From assembly GCF_963921235.1 (NCBI RefSeq), contig NC_086108.1, forward strand, positions 57,538,001 through 57,602,000: a stretch of 64,000 nt of DNA, written 5' to 3'. The translations under genes were made by a program, and so were the position numbers. The DNA is from Mobula hypostoma. Lineage: Eukaryota. Shown piece after piece: positions 45,864 through 59,324 of the stretch (positions are counted from its first letter, which is position 1; every line of letters starts with the position of its first letter). The notes under the pieces were generated by a model. That model was not told the origin of the DNA, did no database searches, and saw only the letters and a list, made by a program, of their open reading frames with translations.

Positions 45864-48800
45864 AAGACCATAAGATATTGGAGCAGAATTAGGTCATTTG
45901 GCTGTTGAGACTGTGCTGCCATTTTATCATTGGTGATCTGTTTTTCCTCTCAGCTCCAATCTCCCGCTCTTCTTCATATATCCTTTCATGCACTGACCAA
46001 TGAAAAATCTATCAATCTCTGTCTTAAATATACATAAAGGCTTGGCCAATAAATTCCACAGATTCACCACTCTCTGGCTAAAGAATTTCCTCTTCATCTT
46101 AGTCCTAAATGGACATCCCTCTATCCTGAGACTATTTCCTCTGGTCCTGGAGTTCCCCACCATCGGAAACATCCTCTCCACATCCACTCTGTCAAGGCAT
46201 TTCACCATTTGATAGGTTTCAATTAGATCACACCCTATTCACCTGAAAAGTACAGTAAATACAGGCCCACAGCCATCAAACGCTCTTCATATGACAAATC
46301 GTTCAATCCTGGAATCATTTTTGTGAATCTCCTTTAAACCCTGTCCAGTTTCAGCTCACCTTTTCTAAGATAAAGGGCCCAAACCTGCTCACAGTACTCC
46401 ACGTAAAGCCTCCCCAGTGCTTTATAAAGCTTCAGCATTACATCCTTGCTTTTATCTTCTAGTCCTCTTGAAATGAATGCTAATAGTTCATCTTTCCTTC
46501 CTCACCACAGACTCAAGTTGCCAATTAACCTATAGGGAATCCTGCACAAGGACTCCCAAGTCTCTTTGCATCTCAGATTTCTGAATTTTCTTTCCATTTG
46601 TCCTACCGAAGTGCATGACCATACACTTCCCAACACTGTATAACATTTGCCATTTATTTGCCCTTGCTCCTATTCTGTCTAATTCCTTCTGTAGCATCCC
46701 AATTTCCTCAAAACTACCTGCCCCTCAAGCTATCTTCATATCATCTGCAAACGTTGCAACAAACTCATCAATTCCATCATCCATGTCATTGACATATAAT
46801 GTAAAAAGTTGTCCCAACACAGACCCCTGTGGAACACCACTAGTCACCAGGAGCTAACCAGAAAAAGGTTCCTTTATACTCACTCTTTGCCTCCTGCCGA
46901 TCAGCCAGTGCTTTATCCATGCTCATACCTTTCCTATAATACCATGGTCTCTAATTTGTTAAGCAGCCTCATGTGTGACACCTTGTCAAAGGCCTTCTGA
47001 AAATCTAGGTACACAACATCAACCAAATCTCCTTTGTCCATCCTGCTTGTTATTTCTTCAAAGAATTCCAACAGATTTGTCTGACAAGATTCTCCCTTGA
47101 GGAAACCATGCTGACTATGGCTTATTTTATCATGTGTCTCCAAATACAGCAAAACCTGATCCTTAATAATCAACTCCAACATCTTCCCAACCACGGAGGT
47201 CAGACTAACTGGTCAAAAATGTCCTTTCTTTGACCTCTGTCTCTTCTTGAAGAGTAGAGTAACATTTGCAATTTTCCAGTCTTCTGGAACCATTCCAGAA
47301 TTTAGTGATTCTGGAAAGATCATTACTGATGCCTCCACAATCTCTTCAGCTACCTCTTTCTGAACCTTGGAGTGTACACCACATGGTCCAGGTGACTGAA
47401 AGGTCTTAAGGTAGATAATTTCCCAAAGAACCTTCTCCCTAATAATGGCAACTTCACACAGTTCTGACACCTGACACTCTGGATCTTCCACCATACTGCT
47501 AGTGTGTTCCACAGTGAACACGGATGGAAAATACTTACTCAGTTCATCCACTACTTCCTTGTCCCCCATTACTACCTCTCCAGCAATATTTTTCAGCAGT
47601 CTGATATCCATTCTCACTTCTTTTACACTTAATGTATCTGAAGAAACTTTTGGTATCCTCTGTAAAATTATTGGCTACCTTACTTTCGTATTCCATCTTT
47701 ACCTTAATGACTGTTTTAGTTGCCTTCTGTTGCTTTTTAAAAGCTTCCAAATCTTCTGACTTCTCACTAGTTTTTGCTCTATTATATTCCCTGTCTTGGT
47801 CTTTTAAGTCGGCTTTGACTTCTCTTGGTAACGACAGTTATGTCGTCTTGCTTTTAGAATACTTCTTCCTCTTTGGGATGTATATATTATGTGACTTCGG
47901 AACATTTTCCAGGAATTCCACCCATTGCTGCTCTGCCATCATCCCTGCCAGTGTTCCTTTCCAATCAATTTTGGCTAACTCTTCTCTCATGCATTTGTAA
48001 TTCCCTTTCCTTGACTGTAATACTGATACATCTGACTTTAGTGTCTCCTTCTCAAATTATGATCACTTGCCCCTCAGGGTTGTTTTACTTTAACCTCTCA
48101 AATGAATTTTGATTCATTGCACAACACCCAGTCCAGAATTGCTGATCCCCTAGTGGGCTCAACCATGAACTGCTCTAAAAAGCCATCTCGTTGGAACGCT
48201 GGAAATTCTCCTTCTTGGGATCCAGCACCAACCTAATTTTCCCAATCTACTTGCATATTGAAATCCCCCACAATTATTGTAACATTGCCCTTTTGGCATG
48301 CATTTTTTATCTCCTGTTATAATTTGTAAACCACATCCTTACTACTGTATTTGAGGGTCTGTATATAACTCAAATCAGTGTCTTTTTACCCTTGCAGTTC
48401 CTTAGTTCTACCCACAACGATTCAACATTTTCTGACCCCATGTCACCTCTTCCTAATTTCATTTCATTTTTTTTAACCAACAGAGCCACGCCACTGCCCT
48501 CCCTACCTGCTTGACCTTTCGATACAATGTGATTCCTTGGACATTAAGCTGCCAGCTATAAACTCAACCATAATTTGGTGATGCCTGCAACATCATACAT
48601 GCCATTCCGTAACGGTGCCACAATTTCATCTACCTTATTCTGTACACTGTGCACATTCAAATATAACACCTTCAGTCCTGTATTCACCCTTTTTGATTTT
48701 GTCTACTTTTACATTGCAACTCATCCTGTTGACTGAATTTTTGCCCTATCATCAGTTTCTCCTTGCTAGCAGTCTCACAACACACGCCTCTGATTGTAAA

Positions 48801-49445
48801 CCAACTACCTCAACACTCTGATTCCCATCTCCCTGCCAAATTAGTTTAAACCCTCCTGAACAACTCTTGCAAACCTGCCCACAAGGATATTGGACACCCT
48901 CGGGTTCAGTTTTAACCTATCCCTTTTGTACAAGTCGTACCTACCCAGAAGAGATCCCAATGGTCCATAAATCTGTTTGCCTGTCCTCTGCACTGGTTCA
49001 TCACCCATGCATTCACATGGCAAATCATCCCATTCTTACCCTCGTAATGCATGGCACAGGCAGCAATCCAGAGATTACTACCCTGGAGGTACTGTTTTTA
49101 CAGCTTTCTACCTAGCTCCCTAAAATCTCTCTTCAGGACCTCCTTGTCTTGTCAACCTATGTCGTTGGTGCCAATGTGCACCAAGACTTCTGGCTGCTTC
49201 CCCCTCACCCTTGAGAATGCCATGGACCTGATCTGAGACATCCCTGACCCCGGCACCAGGGAGGCACTATCCGGGTATCTCTATTGCACCCACAGAATTT
49301 CGTCCTGTTCCTCTGACTATGGAATCTCCTATCAAAACTGCAGTCCTCTTCACCTCTCTGCTCTTCTGAGCCACAGCACCAGACTCAGTGCCAGAGATCT
49401 GGTCACTGTGACTCTTCCAGTAGGTCATCCTCCTCAACAGTATCT
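45864..49445 (-). mobile_element. Long decayed CR1 LINE (esterase-EN-RT-3' end)
   Basis: [64 protein letters not shown]; esterase remnants at 48840-49330. Confidence 0.92.
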
Positions 49446-50464
49446 AAAGATGTATACTTTATGTACTTTATGTACTTTGAATCTTGTGTACTTATGTACT
49501 TTGATAATAAATTTACTCTGAATGTTTGTATTAACCCCAACACTGATTTTGTTCAATAATTTCTTATGTGTCGTCTTATGAAATGTATCTGTAAGTCCAA
49601 ACGCCTCATGTCCACGGTTATGCCACATCTCAAAAATTCCAAAATGTTTGCCTGTTTATAAATCCTGTGACTGCCCAATCTTATTATTTTCCAAGTCTTG
49701 CTACCACTTTTTTTGAAAAATCTACTGATGTCAGGCTAACTTGTTTTCAGAGTCTTGCTTTTTCCCTCTATCTTTAACTGGTGCTACTGGTCAATTTATG
49801 GAATTTTGAAAGGTGACAAACAGTGCCTCTACAATTTGCAGAGCAACATCTCTTAGAACTCAAGTCATCAGATCCTGAGACTGATCAGTGTTTATTCCAT
49901 CAAATCCTCTAATCTTTTGTTTAAATAATGCTGACTTCTTAGCTTGTTTACAAGAAGGCCTGCATTCTTTCAGTACAGCCTGGTTTTAATGTTGTCAATA
50001 TGAAGATCACTATTAAAATTTTTGATTGATTTCTCTGCCAGAGAAATTAATTCTCCAGAATAATGCGGATGACACCAAGATTGGGGGCCTAATGGGCAGT
50101 GAGGAAGGCTATCATGGCTTGCAGAGCGATCTGCATCAGCTGGAAAAATGGGCTGAAAAATTGCAGATAGAATTTAATGCAGGCAAGTATGAGGTTTTGA
50201 ACTTTGTTAGGACCAGCCAAGGTAGGTCTTATATAGCAACTAGTAGGGTCCTAAGGAGTGTGGCAGAACAAAAGGATCTGGGAATACAGGGCCATAATTC
50301 ATTGAAAGTGGCATCACTTAAAGAATGCTTTTGGCACATTGGCCTCAATAAATCAAAATACTGAGTACTGTACAGGAGATAGGATGTTATGTTGAAGTTG
50401 TATAAGATGTTGGTGAGGCCTAATTTGGAGTATTGTGTGTAATTTTAATCACCCACCTACAGGA

Positions 50465-51916
50465 AACATAGAAACATAGAAAATAGATGCAGGAGTAGGC
50501 CATTCGGCCCTTCGAACCTGCACTGCCATTCAGTATGATCATGGCTGATCATCCAACTCAGAACCCTGTACCTGCCTTCTCTCCATACCCCCTGATCCCT
50601 TTAGCCCCAAGGCCCATATCTAACTTCCTCTTAAATATAGCCAATGAACTGGCCTCAACTGTTTCCTGTGGCAGAGAATTCCACAGATTCACCATCCTCT
50701 GTGTGAAGAAGTTTTTCCTCATCTCAGTCCTAAAAGGCTTCCCCTTTATCCTCAAACTGTGAACCCTCATTCTGGACTTCCCCAACATTGGGAACAACCT
50801 TCCTGCATCTAGCCTGTCCAATCCCTTTAGGATTTTATACGTTTCAATAAGATCCCCCCTCAGTCTTCTAAATTCCAGAGAGTATAAGCCTAGTCGATCC
50901 AGTCTTTCATCATATGAAAGTCCTGCCATCCCAGGAATCAATGTGGTGAAGCTTCTTTATACTCCCTCTATGGCAAGAATGTCTTTCCTCAGATTAGGGG
51001 ACCAAAACTGCACACAATACTCCAGGTGTGGTCTCACCAAGGCCTTGTACAACTGCAGTAGTACCTCCCTGATCCTGTACTCGAATCCTCTCGCTATAAA
51101 TGCCAGCATACCGTTCGCCTTTTTCACCGCCTGCTGTACCTGCATGCCCACTTTCAATGACTGGTGTACAATGACACACAGGTCTCGTTGCACCTCCCCT
51201 TTTCCTAATCGGCCACCATTCAGATAATAATCTGTTTTCCTGTTCTTGCCACCAAGGTGGATAACCTCACATTTGTCCACATTAAATTGCATCTGCCATG
51301 AATTTGCCCACTCACCTAACCTATCCAAGCCACCCTGCATCCTCCTCACAGCTAACACTGCCGCCCAGCTTCGTGTCATCCGCAATCTTGGAGATGCTGC
51401 ATTTAATTCCCTCATCTAAGTCATTAATATATATTGTAAACAACTGGGGTCCCAGCACTGAGCCTTGTGGTACCCCACTAGTCACTGCCTGCCATTCTGA
51501 AAAGGTCCCGTTTATTCCCACTCTTTGCTTCCTGTCTGCCAACCAATTCTCTACCCACATCAATACCTTACCCCCAATACCGTGTGCTTTAAGTTTGCAC
51601 ACTAGTCTCCTTTGTGGGACCTTGTCAAAAGCCTTTTGAAAATCCAAATATACCACAACCACTGGTTCTCCCCTATCTACTCTACTAGTTACATCCTCAA
51701 AAAATTCTATGAGATTCGTCAGACATGCTTTTCCTTTCACAAATCCATGCTGACTTTGTCTGATGATTTCACTGCTTTTCAAATGTGCTGTTATCACATC
51801 TTTGATAACTGACTCTAGCATTTTCCCTACCACCAATGTCAGATTTACCAGTCTATAATTCCCTGGTTTCTCTCTCCCTTTTTTAAAAAGTGGGGTTACA
51901 TTAGCCACCCTCCAAT
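50465..51916 (-). mobile_element. Young CR1 RT-3' fragment
   Basis: ORFs 51321..51980, 50957..51415 and 50558..50941: [39 protein letters not shown]; (CATAGAAA)n tail. Confidence 0.93.
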
Positions 51917-52698
51917 CCATAAGACCATAAGACAAAGGAGCAGAAGTAGGCCATTCGGCCCATCGAGTCTGCTCCGCCATTTTATCATGAGCTGATCCAT
52001 TTTATCCTATTTAGTCCCACTGCCCCGCCTTCTCACCATAACCTTTGATGCCCTGGCTACTCAGATACCTATCAATCTCTGCCTTAAAGACACCCAATGA
52101 CTTGGCCTCCACTGCTGCCCGTGGCAACAAATTCCATAGATTCACCACCCTCTGACTAAAAAAATTTTTTCGCATTTCTGTTCTGAAAGGGCGCCCTTCA
52201 ATCCTGAAGTCATGCCCTCTCGTACTAGACTCCCCCATCATGGGAAACAACTTTGCCACATCCACTCTGTCCATGCCTTTTAACATTTGAAATGTTTCTA
52301 TGAGGTCTCCCCTCATTCTTCTAAACTCCAAGGAATACAGTCCAAGAGCGGACAAATGTTCCTCATATGTTAACCCTCTCATTCCCGGAATCATTCTAGT
52401 GAATCTTCTCTGTACCCTCTCCAACGTCAGCACATCCTTTCTTAAATAAGGAGACCAAAACTGCCCACAGTACTCCAAGTGAGGTCTCACCAGCGCCTTA
52501 TAGAACCTCAACATCACATCTCTGCTCCTATACTCTATTCCTCTAGAAATGAATGCCAACATGGCATTCGCCTTCTTCACTACCGACTCAACCTGGAGGT
52601 TAACTTTAAGGGAGTCCTGTACGAGGACTCCCAAGTTCTGTTGCATCTCAGAACTTTGAATTCTTTCCCCATTTAAATAATAGTCTGCCCGTTTATTT
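51917..52698 (-). mobile_element. Young CR1 3' fragment
   Basis: Open frame DYYLNGE...RPHLEYCGQFWSP...GYGEKAGQWD; (CATAAGAC) tail at 51917. Confidence 0.92.
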
Positions 52699-53359
52699 GT
52701 AAAAGATGAGGAAAGATGTAAACAAGGTTGGAAAAACTGCAGAGAAAATTTACAAGAATGTTCCTGGGTTTGGAGGACCTGAGTTATAAGGAAAGATTGT
52801 TGGAACATAGAAGATTGAGAAGAGATTTGATAGAGGTATACAAGATTATGACGGTATAGATAGAGTAAATGCAAGCAGGCATTTTCCACTGAGGTTGAGT
52901 GGGATTACAACCAGAGGTCATGGGTTAAAGGTGAAAGGTGAGAAGTTTAAAGGGTACATGATGAGAAACTTCTTCACTCAGAGGGTGGTGAGAGTGTGGA
53001 ATGAGCTGCCAGCACAAGTGGTGCATGCAAGCTTGATTTCAACGTTAAAGAGAAGTTTGGGTACCTACATGGATAGTAAGGGTATGGAGGGCTATGGTCC
53101 TGGTGCAGGCTGATGGGAATAGGCAGTTTAAATGACTTCAGCATGGGCTAGATGGGCCAAAGGGAATTACTATAGATTAGTGAAAAAGATTAGTTAATTA
53201 CTATAGATTAGTGAAAAAGATTAGTTAAAGTGAATGTAGCTCAAACTGATTAAGACAAATTACACTGGAAAGGGGAACATTATAGAGACATACAGAAGTA
53301 TGTCTGTATGTCTAATCTATAGTAATTCCAGTGCTTTGTTTTAAGGGATAGCAAAATGA

Positions 53360-53590
53360 TTAATGTAAGGCTATTATAGCACCAGTGAACTGGGTTCAAT
53401 TCCTACCGTTGTCTGTAAGGAGTTTGTATGTTCTCTCTGTGACCATGTGGGTTTCTTCTGGTTGCTCTGGTTTCCTCCCACATTACAAAGACATACAAGT
53501 TAGTAGGTTAATTGGTCACATGGGTATAATTGGGTAGCGCAGGCTCACTGGAATAGAAAGGCTTGTTACTGTGCTGTCTCTAAATAAATT
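53360..53590 (+). mobile_element. tRNA-derived V-SINE-type element
   Basis: B-box GGTTCAATTCC plus V-domain-like GGAGTTTGTATGTTCTC...GTGGGTTTC...GCTCTGGTTTCCTCCCAC. Confidence 0.75.
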
Positions 53591-54364
53591 AATGCTTACT
53601 GCTAGCTTGTTTTTCAATTATATACTTTCTTCTTATTTATATCTTGGTACCCTGATAAATACTGAAATATCCACAAATTTTCAAACTTGCTGCTTTTGAA
53701 TAATGTCATAAAGTTTTTTCCCTTTGAACTAATACTATTTTATTTTGTCTTAAAGGAATTATGCATGTAAATACTTTATGTTTTAAAAGGTAGCTATTGC
53801 TGTTTTACTGTCTTGCCTTTCTGTTGTAGTTTCTTTGTCAGCCATAGCCAAATTGTGTGTCATGATTTGTAGTTTTGCTTTGTTCACTTTAAGATTCTTT
53901 TTTCAGTTTGAAATAAATCACTCTGAAATTTTAATATAAAATTCGAGCACATTTTGCTCACTATTTCCTAAAAATACTTAAATACCAGATAAATCAATGT
54001 CCTTATTTGTTGCACAATAGTTGATCTGAAATAGCCTATCCCATTGTTGGTTACTTGATATCCTGATATAGAAATACATTTCTTTTCACCCCGTAAATTC
54101 TTCCACACTTTTACAGTCTATATGCTTTGCTCAGTAAATTCCCCTTTGTTATGCTGTCCTATCACTTCACTCTTAATTTTCTGAATTTGTCCTTGCCAGT
54201 GTATGCTATTGTACTGATGATCTTAAATCCAAGTAAGACTCAGCCCCATTCCAGTGATTCTTTCCCAATGGAACAGCTCCTCCTTCTCTGCAGACTGGTG
54301 GCAGTGTCATATGATTTGAAATCTTTTCCTTCACGTTGTTTTGTCCTGTACGGCTTTACATTTG

Positions 54365-54723
54365 TGTGGCAGGGATGGAGTTACCAAAGGAGGAGTAATG
54401 CAGTCCTTCCCTATGCAATCTTGCAGGTAACACTGGACAGGATGTGGCACCTGCTTAGCCCTCCCCAGATCAGGCTCAAGTGGAGCCATGGGAACAGGTT
54501 CTGCATGGTTGCAGGAGCAGCTGGTGCATATCACAAATTTTGGTTATGCGACCTCTGACACCAGGCAGATAGTCTCTGAAGGGTATTGAAAATGGCTTGG
54601 GTTACCCATCTTGTAAAGACACTGCCCAGAAGAAAGCAGTAGTAAACCACTTGTGGTGAAAAATATGCCAAGAATAATCATGGTCATTGATGACACTATG
54701 ATCACCGCTGCACATGATGATGA
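54365..54723 (+). mobile_element. RTE-associated non-autonomous retroposon (copy 2, more diverged)
   Basis: Colinear with 17077-17437 (TCTTGTAAAGACACTGCCCAGA, GCCAAGAATAATCATGGTCAT, ATGATGATG tail). Confidence 0.75.
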
Positions 54724-55504
54724 CAACTGCTGTACATATTGCTCAAATACCAATCCAGAGAATATTATCTTTATATTATTCTTGCTTCCTAGATATATCA
54801 TGACAGATGCATCTTTACCCTTTCTCTACTAGTTGCTCATCAGTCAGGAGATTACCCATAATTAATTTTTTCATTATTTACCACTTGCTCTAAATTGGCT
54901 TCAAGATATAATGGTGAGCCAACATCCTGACTGTATTTTCCATGATTTGGATGATTGAAAGTAGATGTATTTCACACTGATTAGTTTGATTTAATATGTC
55001 CTGTCTCATCTTAAACCATCCCGAAGAAATTTCCTACATTGGAGATGCAAGCATCTGCAGATGCTGGAATCTGGAGTAAAAATCAAACTTCTGGAGTAAC
55101 TCAGTGAATCAGGCAGTATCTGTGGAGGGAAATGGGCAATTGACCAAATCTGATTTGCTCCATACAATATAGTCCAGATAATGGGTCTTAAATCAAAATG
55201 TACACTCTTTATTTCCCTCCATAAATGCTGCCTAACCTGCTGAGTTGCTCTAGTGTTTGCAATTCTCAGTGTCCTTGTTGTCAGTTGTTTTTCTTTAGAG
55301 CAAATCAAATTTGTTAAATGCTAGTTTCTCTGATGCAGGGAATTTCAGAGAAAATGACAGACAAACCATGCATTCCATATTTCTAGTTGAAAATCTTTGC
55401 CACTGTTTCAATCTGGTTTGTAACATTTTAGATGAAGGCCCTTTCTGTTGTTGAGGATGGGGATCTCTTTCCACTTTTTCCAAAGAACTGTTCGCCATTT
55501 TGCC

Positions 55505-55815
55505 GTACAGTGGCACAGCTCATAGAGCTGCCTTAAAGCTCCATCAGATTGAGTTCAGTCCTAACCCCTTACGCTAACTGTGTGGAGTCTTTATGTTCTC
55601 CCTCTTACCACGTGCATTTTCTCCAGTTGCTCCAGTTCCCTCGTGGGTTGATAGATTAACTGCCCCTTGTGTGCAGGTGATTGGTTGAACCTGGAGGGAG
55701 TTGACAGGAATGTGGGAAGGATAAATTGGGATTAGTGTAACTGTGTGCTTGATGCTTGGTGTGGATTCATTGAGTGGAAGTATGAATCAAGTGCTCTATG
55801 ACGCGATGATCTCTA
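55505..55815 (+). mobile_element. V-SINE-type element
   Basis: Degenerate A/B boxes (GTGGCACAGC, GAGTTCAGTCC) and TGTGTGGAGTCTTTATGTTCTCC V-domain. Confidence 0.65.
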
Positions 55816-56429
55816 TAACCCAACAATGTTGTATAGCTTTAGCTGTTAACTGTGGATTCAGCTCACATACTTCTCTATTATTGTGGTTCTGAATGTACCT
55901 TCACTCCAGTGATCACTTGCAGGAGCTTGTTTCCAGTTGTACAGGGTAATTCACCCTGTCATTTCCTTCAAGGTACCTTTAAATATTACTCGTATTGTTG
56001 TTGCCGATAACTGGACACTGAAAACTCACACTCGTCCCTCAATCACATTTATTTTACCTGTGAACAAGGAAAACAACATGCTCCTGTCACCACACTGTTC
56101 TGAAGTCAAAATAGAAAAATGTTACTTTTTATACTGAATTGACTAGCAGTTACAGATATTGACTATTTGGTAAGCTTTGTGTGTTTGAATTCCTTACTTG
56201 CAAGAGCATTTGCCGTTCACAATAGAAGTGTTAATTTCTTTTTTTTTGACAGCTTGTAATTGTTTCATAATTGGAACTGTTAGATTCCTTTTTGATCAAC
56301 TTAGTTTCCAGGAATAATATATAATGGATACTTGATATTTCCAAAATCCTTGATTTTCTTAAATCTGTACGTTTAATGATCATTCTATCTAACTTATCTT
56401 TTTTCCCTTGATCTACAAATTGACACCAA

Positions 56430-56955
56430 TGTACACCAATGCCATTGAACAGAAAATCTTACGAAGGGAAGTGGATTTGGCCCAGTACATCATGGGTAAA
56501 GCCCTCCCTACCATTGAGCAGATCTACAAGCAAAGCTGTTGCTGAAAGCAGCATCCATCATCAAAGATCCTCACCACCCAGGCCATGCTCTTTTCTCACT
56601 ACTGCCATCAAGTAGAAGGCAAAAGTGCCTCAGGACTTGTATTATGCAGTCCAAGAACAGTTGCTACTCCTCAACCGTCAGGCTCTTGAACCAAAGACTT
56701 ATCTATTGAGATGTTCCCACAAACTATAATCTCACTTTAAGGACCCTTTATCTTGTTTACTCCATGCTCTCATTATTTCTTGCTATTTATTTGTATTTGC
56801 ATTTGCAGAATTTGTTGTTGTCTACGCTCTTGCTCTTTCATTGATCCTGTTACAGTTACAATTCTATAGATTTGCTGAGTATGCCCACAGGAAAAAGAAT
56901 CTCAGGGTTGTTTGTGGTGACATGTATGTACTCTGATAGTAAATTTTACTTTGAA
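56430..56955 (+). mobile_element. Rex1/Babar 3' end
   Basis: AQYIMGKALPTIEQIY...SIIKDPHHPGHALFSLLPSSR. Confidence 0.8.
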
Positions 56956-57084
56956 TTTTTGCTTTGGAATTTGAAATGGGATTGACTTGACGTGCATTGG
57001 TTCTGCCTGTTTTTCCTCAATATAAATTATATTTTACCTCATCTTAATTCTCTCTTTATTATGGTATCTTTCTACTTAAGTGAA

Positions 57085-57790
57085 TTAGGAGCAAGATTGA
57101 TGTATCGAGGGATTTTGGGGTGCAAGTCCACAGCTTCCTGAAATTGGCCACAGGAGTAAAGAATGTGTACAGCATACTTGCCTGTATCATAGAGGGCACT
57201 GAATGTATAAAGCTTAGGAAACCATGTTGCAGTTGTGTAAAACCTTACTTCATTCACCTGTGGAGAACTATGTGCAGTTCTTGTTACCACATTATAGAAA
57301 GCATGTAGAGACTTTGAAGAAGGTGCAAAAGAGGTACACTGGATATTGCCTGGATTGAAATGTGTTAACGACAAGGAGAGGTTGAACTATCTTGGATTGC
57401 TTTCCCTGGAGCGCTGGCGCATATAAAATTGAGAGGCAAAATTGATCTTTTTCCCAAGGTGGAAATCCTATGCACTAGAGAACAGAGGTTTGAGGTGTGA
57501 GGAAAGTTTTTTTTTCGTACCAAGAGTAGTAGGTGCCTGGACCATCTGCCAAGGGAGATTATTGAGGTAGCCTTATCTGGAAGGAGTTTTTAGGTCCCTT
57601 GATGGTGGTGAGAAGTAAGTGTAAAAAAAAAAGTGTGCTCCTCCTGTGATTGCAGGTGAAAGTGCCAGCGGTCAGTGTAGGGTTAGTGGGGCAGAATGAG
57701 CCCCATGGCAAGAGGGTGGAAAAGGGTGGGAAGGGAAAATGTGGTTAGTGGTGAGACGCTGCTACAGCCATTAGTATGGTAATTGGTAAA
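57085..57790. mobile_element. Old CR1 fragment (+) followed by a probable Penelope scrap (-)
   Basis: LGVQVHSFLKLA in the first part; the second part resembles 39795-39910. Confidence 0.55.
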
Positions 57791-58065
57791 TGAGTTATAA
57801 AACATTGTGTCTAATCAACAGATTGAATAAGAAAACAAACCTTCGATGTGCTGGGGGTGAGGACTAATTTGGAACGCAGCAGTCATTTTTTTAGATCCCT
57901 GAGAATGCTAAAACGTGACTTAATATTTCCTCGGGGAAATGATCAAGACACTATCCTTTGGGTTTGTATGCCAATGATCAGAATTTTGTTGATATCGAGG
58001 GATTTGGAGCTGGTACAGTAAGGTGGCTGCAAAGTAAAAGATCAGTTTTATTGGATTATTGTTAT

Positions 58066-59200
58066 TATTTGACAAGATTCCACATGGTAGGCTTATTCAG
58101 AAAGTCAGAAGGCATGGGATCCAGGGAAGTTTGGCCTGGTGGATTCAGAATTGGCTTGCCTGCAGAAGGCAGAGGGTGGTGGTGGAGGGAGTACATTCAG
58201 ATTGGAGGATTGTGATTAGTGGTGTCCCACAAGGATCTGTTCTGGGACCTCTACTTTTCGTGATTTTTATTAACGACCTGGATGTGGGGGTGGAAGGGTG
58301 GGTTGGCAAGTTTGCAGACGACACAAAGGTTGGTGATGTTGTAGATAGTGTAGAGGATTGTCAAAGATTGCAGAGAGACATTGATAGGATGCAGAAGTGG
58401 GCTGAGAAGTGGCAGATGGAGTTCAACCCAGAGAAGTGTGAGGTGGTACACTTTGGAAGGACAAACTCCAAGGCAGAGTACAAAGTAAATAGCAGGATAC
58501 TTGGTAGTGTGGAGGAGCAGAGGGATCTGGGGGTACATGTCCACAGATCCCTGAAAGTTGCCTCACAGGTGGATAGGGTAGTTAAGAAAGCTTATGGGGT
58601 GTTAGCTTTCATAAGTCGAGAGATAGAGTTTAAGAGTCGCGATGTAATGGTGCAGCTCTATAAAACTCTGGTTAGGCCACACTTGGAGTACTGTGTCCAG
58701 TTCTCGTCACCTCGCTATAGGAAGGATGTGGAAGCATTGGAAAGGGTACAGAGGAGATTTACCAGGATGCTGCCTGGTTTAGAAAGTATGCATTATGATC
58801 AGAGATTAAGGGAGCTAGGGCTTTACTCTTTGGAGAGAAGGAAGATAAGAGGAGACATGATAGAGGTGTACAAGATAATAAGAGGAATAGACAGAGTGGA
58901 TAGCCAGCGCCTCTTCCCCAGGGCACCACTGCTCAATACAAGAGGACATGGCTTTAAGGTAAGGGGTGGGAAGTTCAAGGGGGATATTAGAGGAAGGTTT
59001 TTTACTCAGAGAGTGGTTGGTGTGTGGAATGCACTGCCTGAGTCAGTGGTGGAGGCAGATACACTAGTGAGGTTTAAGAGACTACTAGACAGGTATATGG
59101 AGGAATTTAAGGTGGGGGCTTATATGGGAGGCAGGGTTTGAGGGTCGGCACAACATTGTGGGCCGAAGGGCCTGTACTGTGCTGTACTATTCTATGTTCT
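58066..59200 (+). mobile_element. Young 5'-truncated CR1 with an uninterrupted RT C-terminal ORF (~357 codons to 59141)
   Basis: FDKIPHGRL...[14 protein letters not shown]...FADDTK...RPHLEYCVQF...FFTQRVVGVWNALP; (TTCTATG)n tail; no start or EN domain. Confidence 0.95.
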
Positions 59201-59324
59201 ATGTATTTACTAACCTGTTGAACAAAGAGCATTGTGATGACTCTGAATTTCAGAGAGTCAATAAATAAATATGATAACTTCTGTAGCCACAAAGCAAGGA
59301 TAGAATTACCCTTGTCTTTGAAGA

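Larger units (their letters stand above)
50060..53162 (+). mobile_element. CR1 3' fragment (50060-50466 and 52709-53162) split by two minus-strand CR1 insertions
   Basis: ADDTKIGG...LVRPNLEYCV...PTYR stops at 50466 and resumes at AGGAAAGATGTAAAC (52709); AGGAAA is present at both junctions. Confidence 0.85.

Noticed and set aside
52011..52889. 292-aa ORF
   Set aside because: Chimera of an antisense CR1 reading and a nested CR1 C-terminus.
53165..53226. CRISPR-like repeat
   Set aside because: Only two abutting copies with no spacer, in vertebrate DNA.
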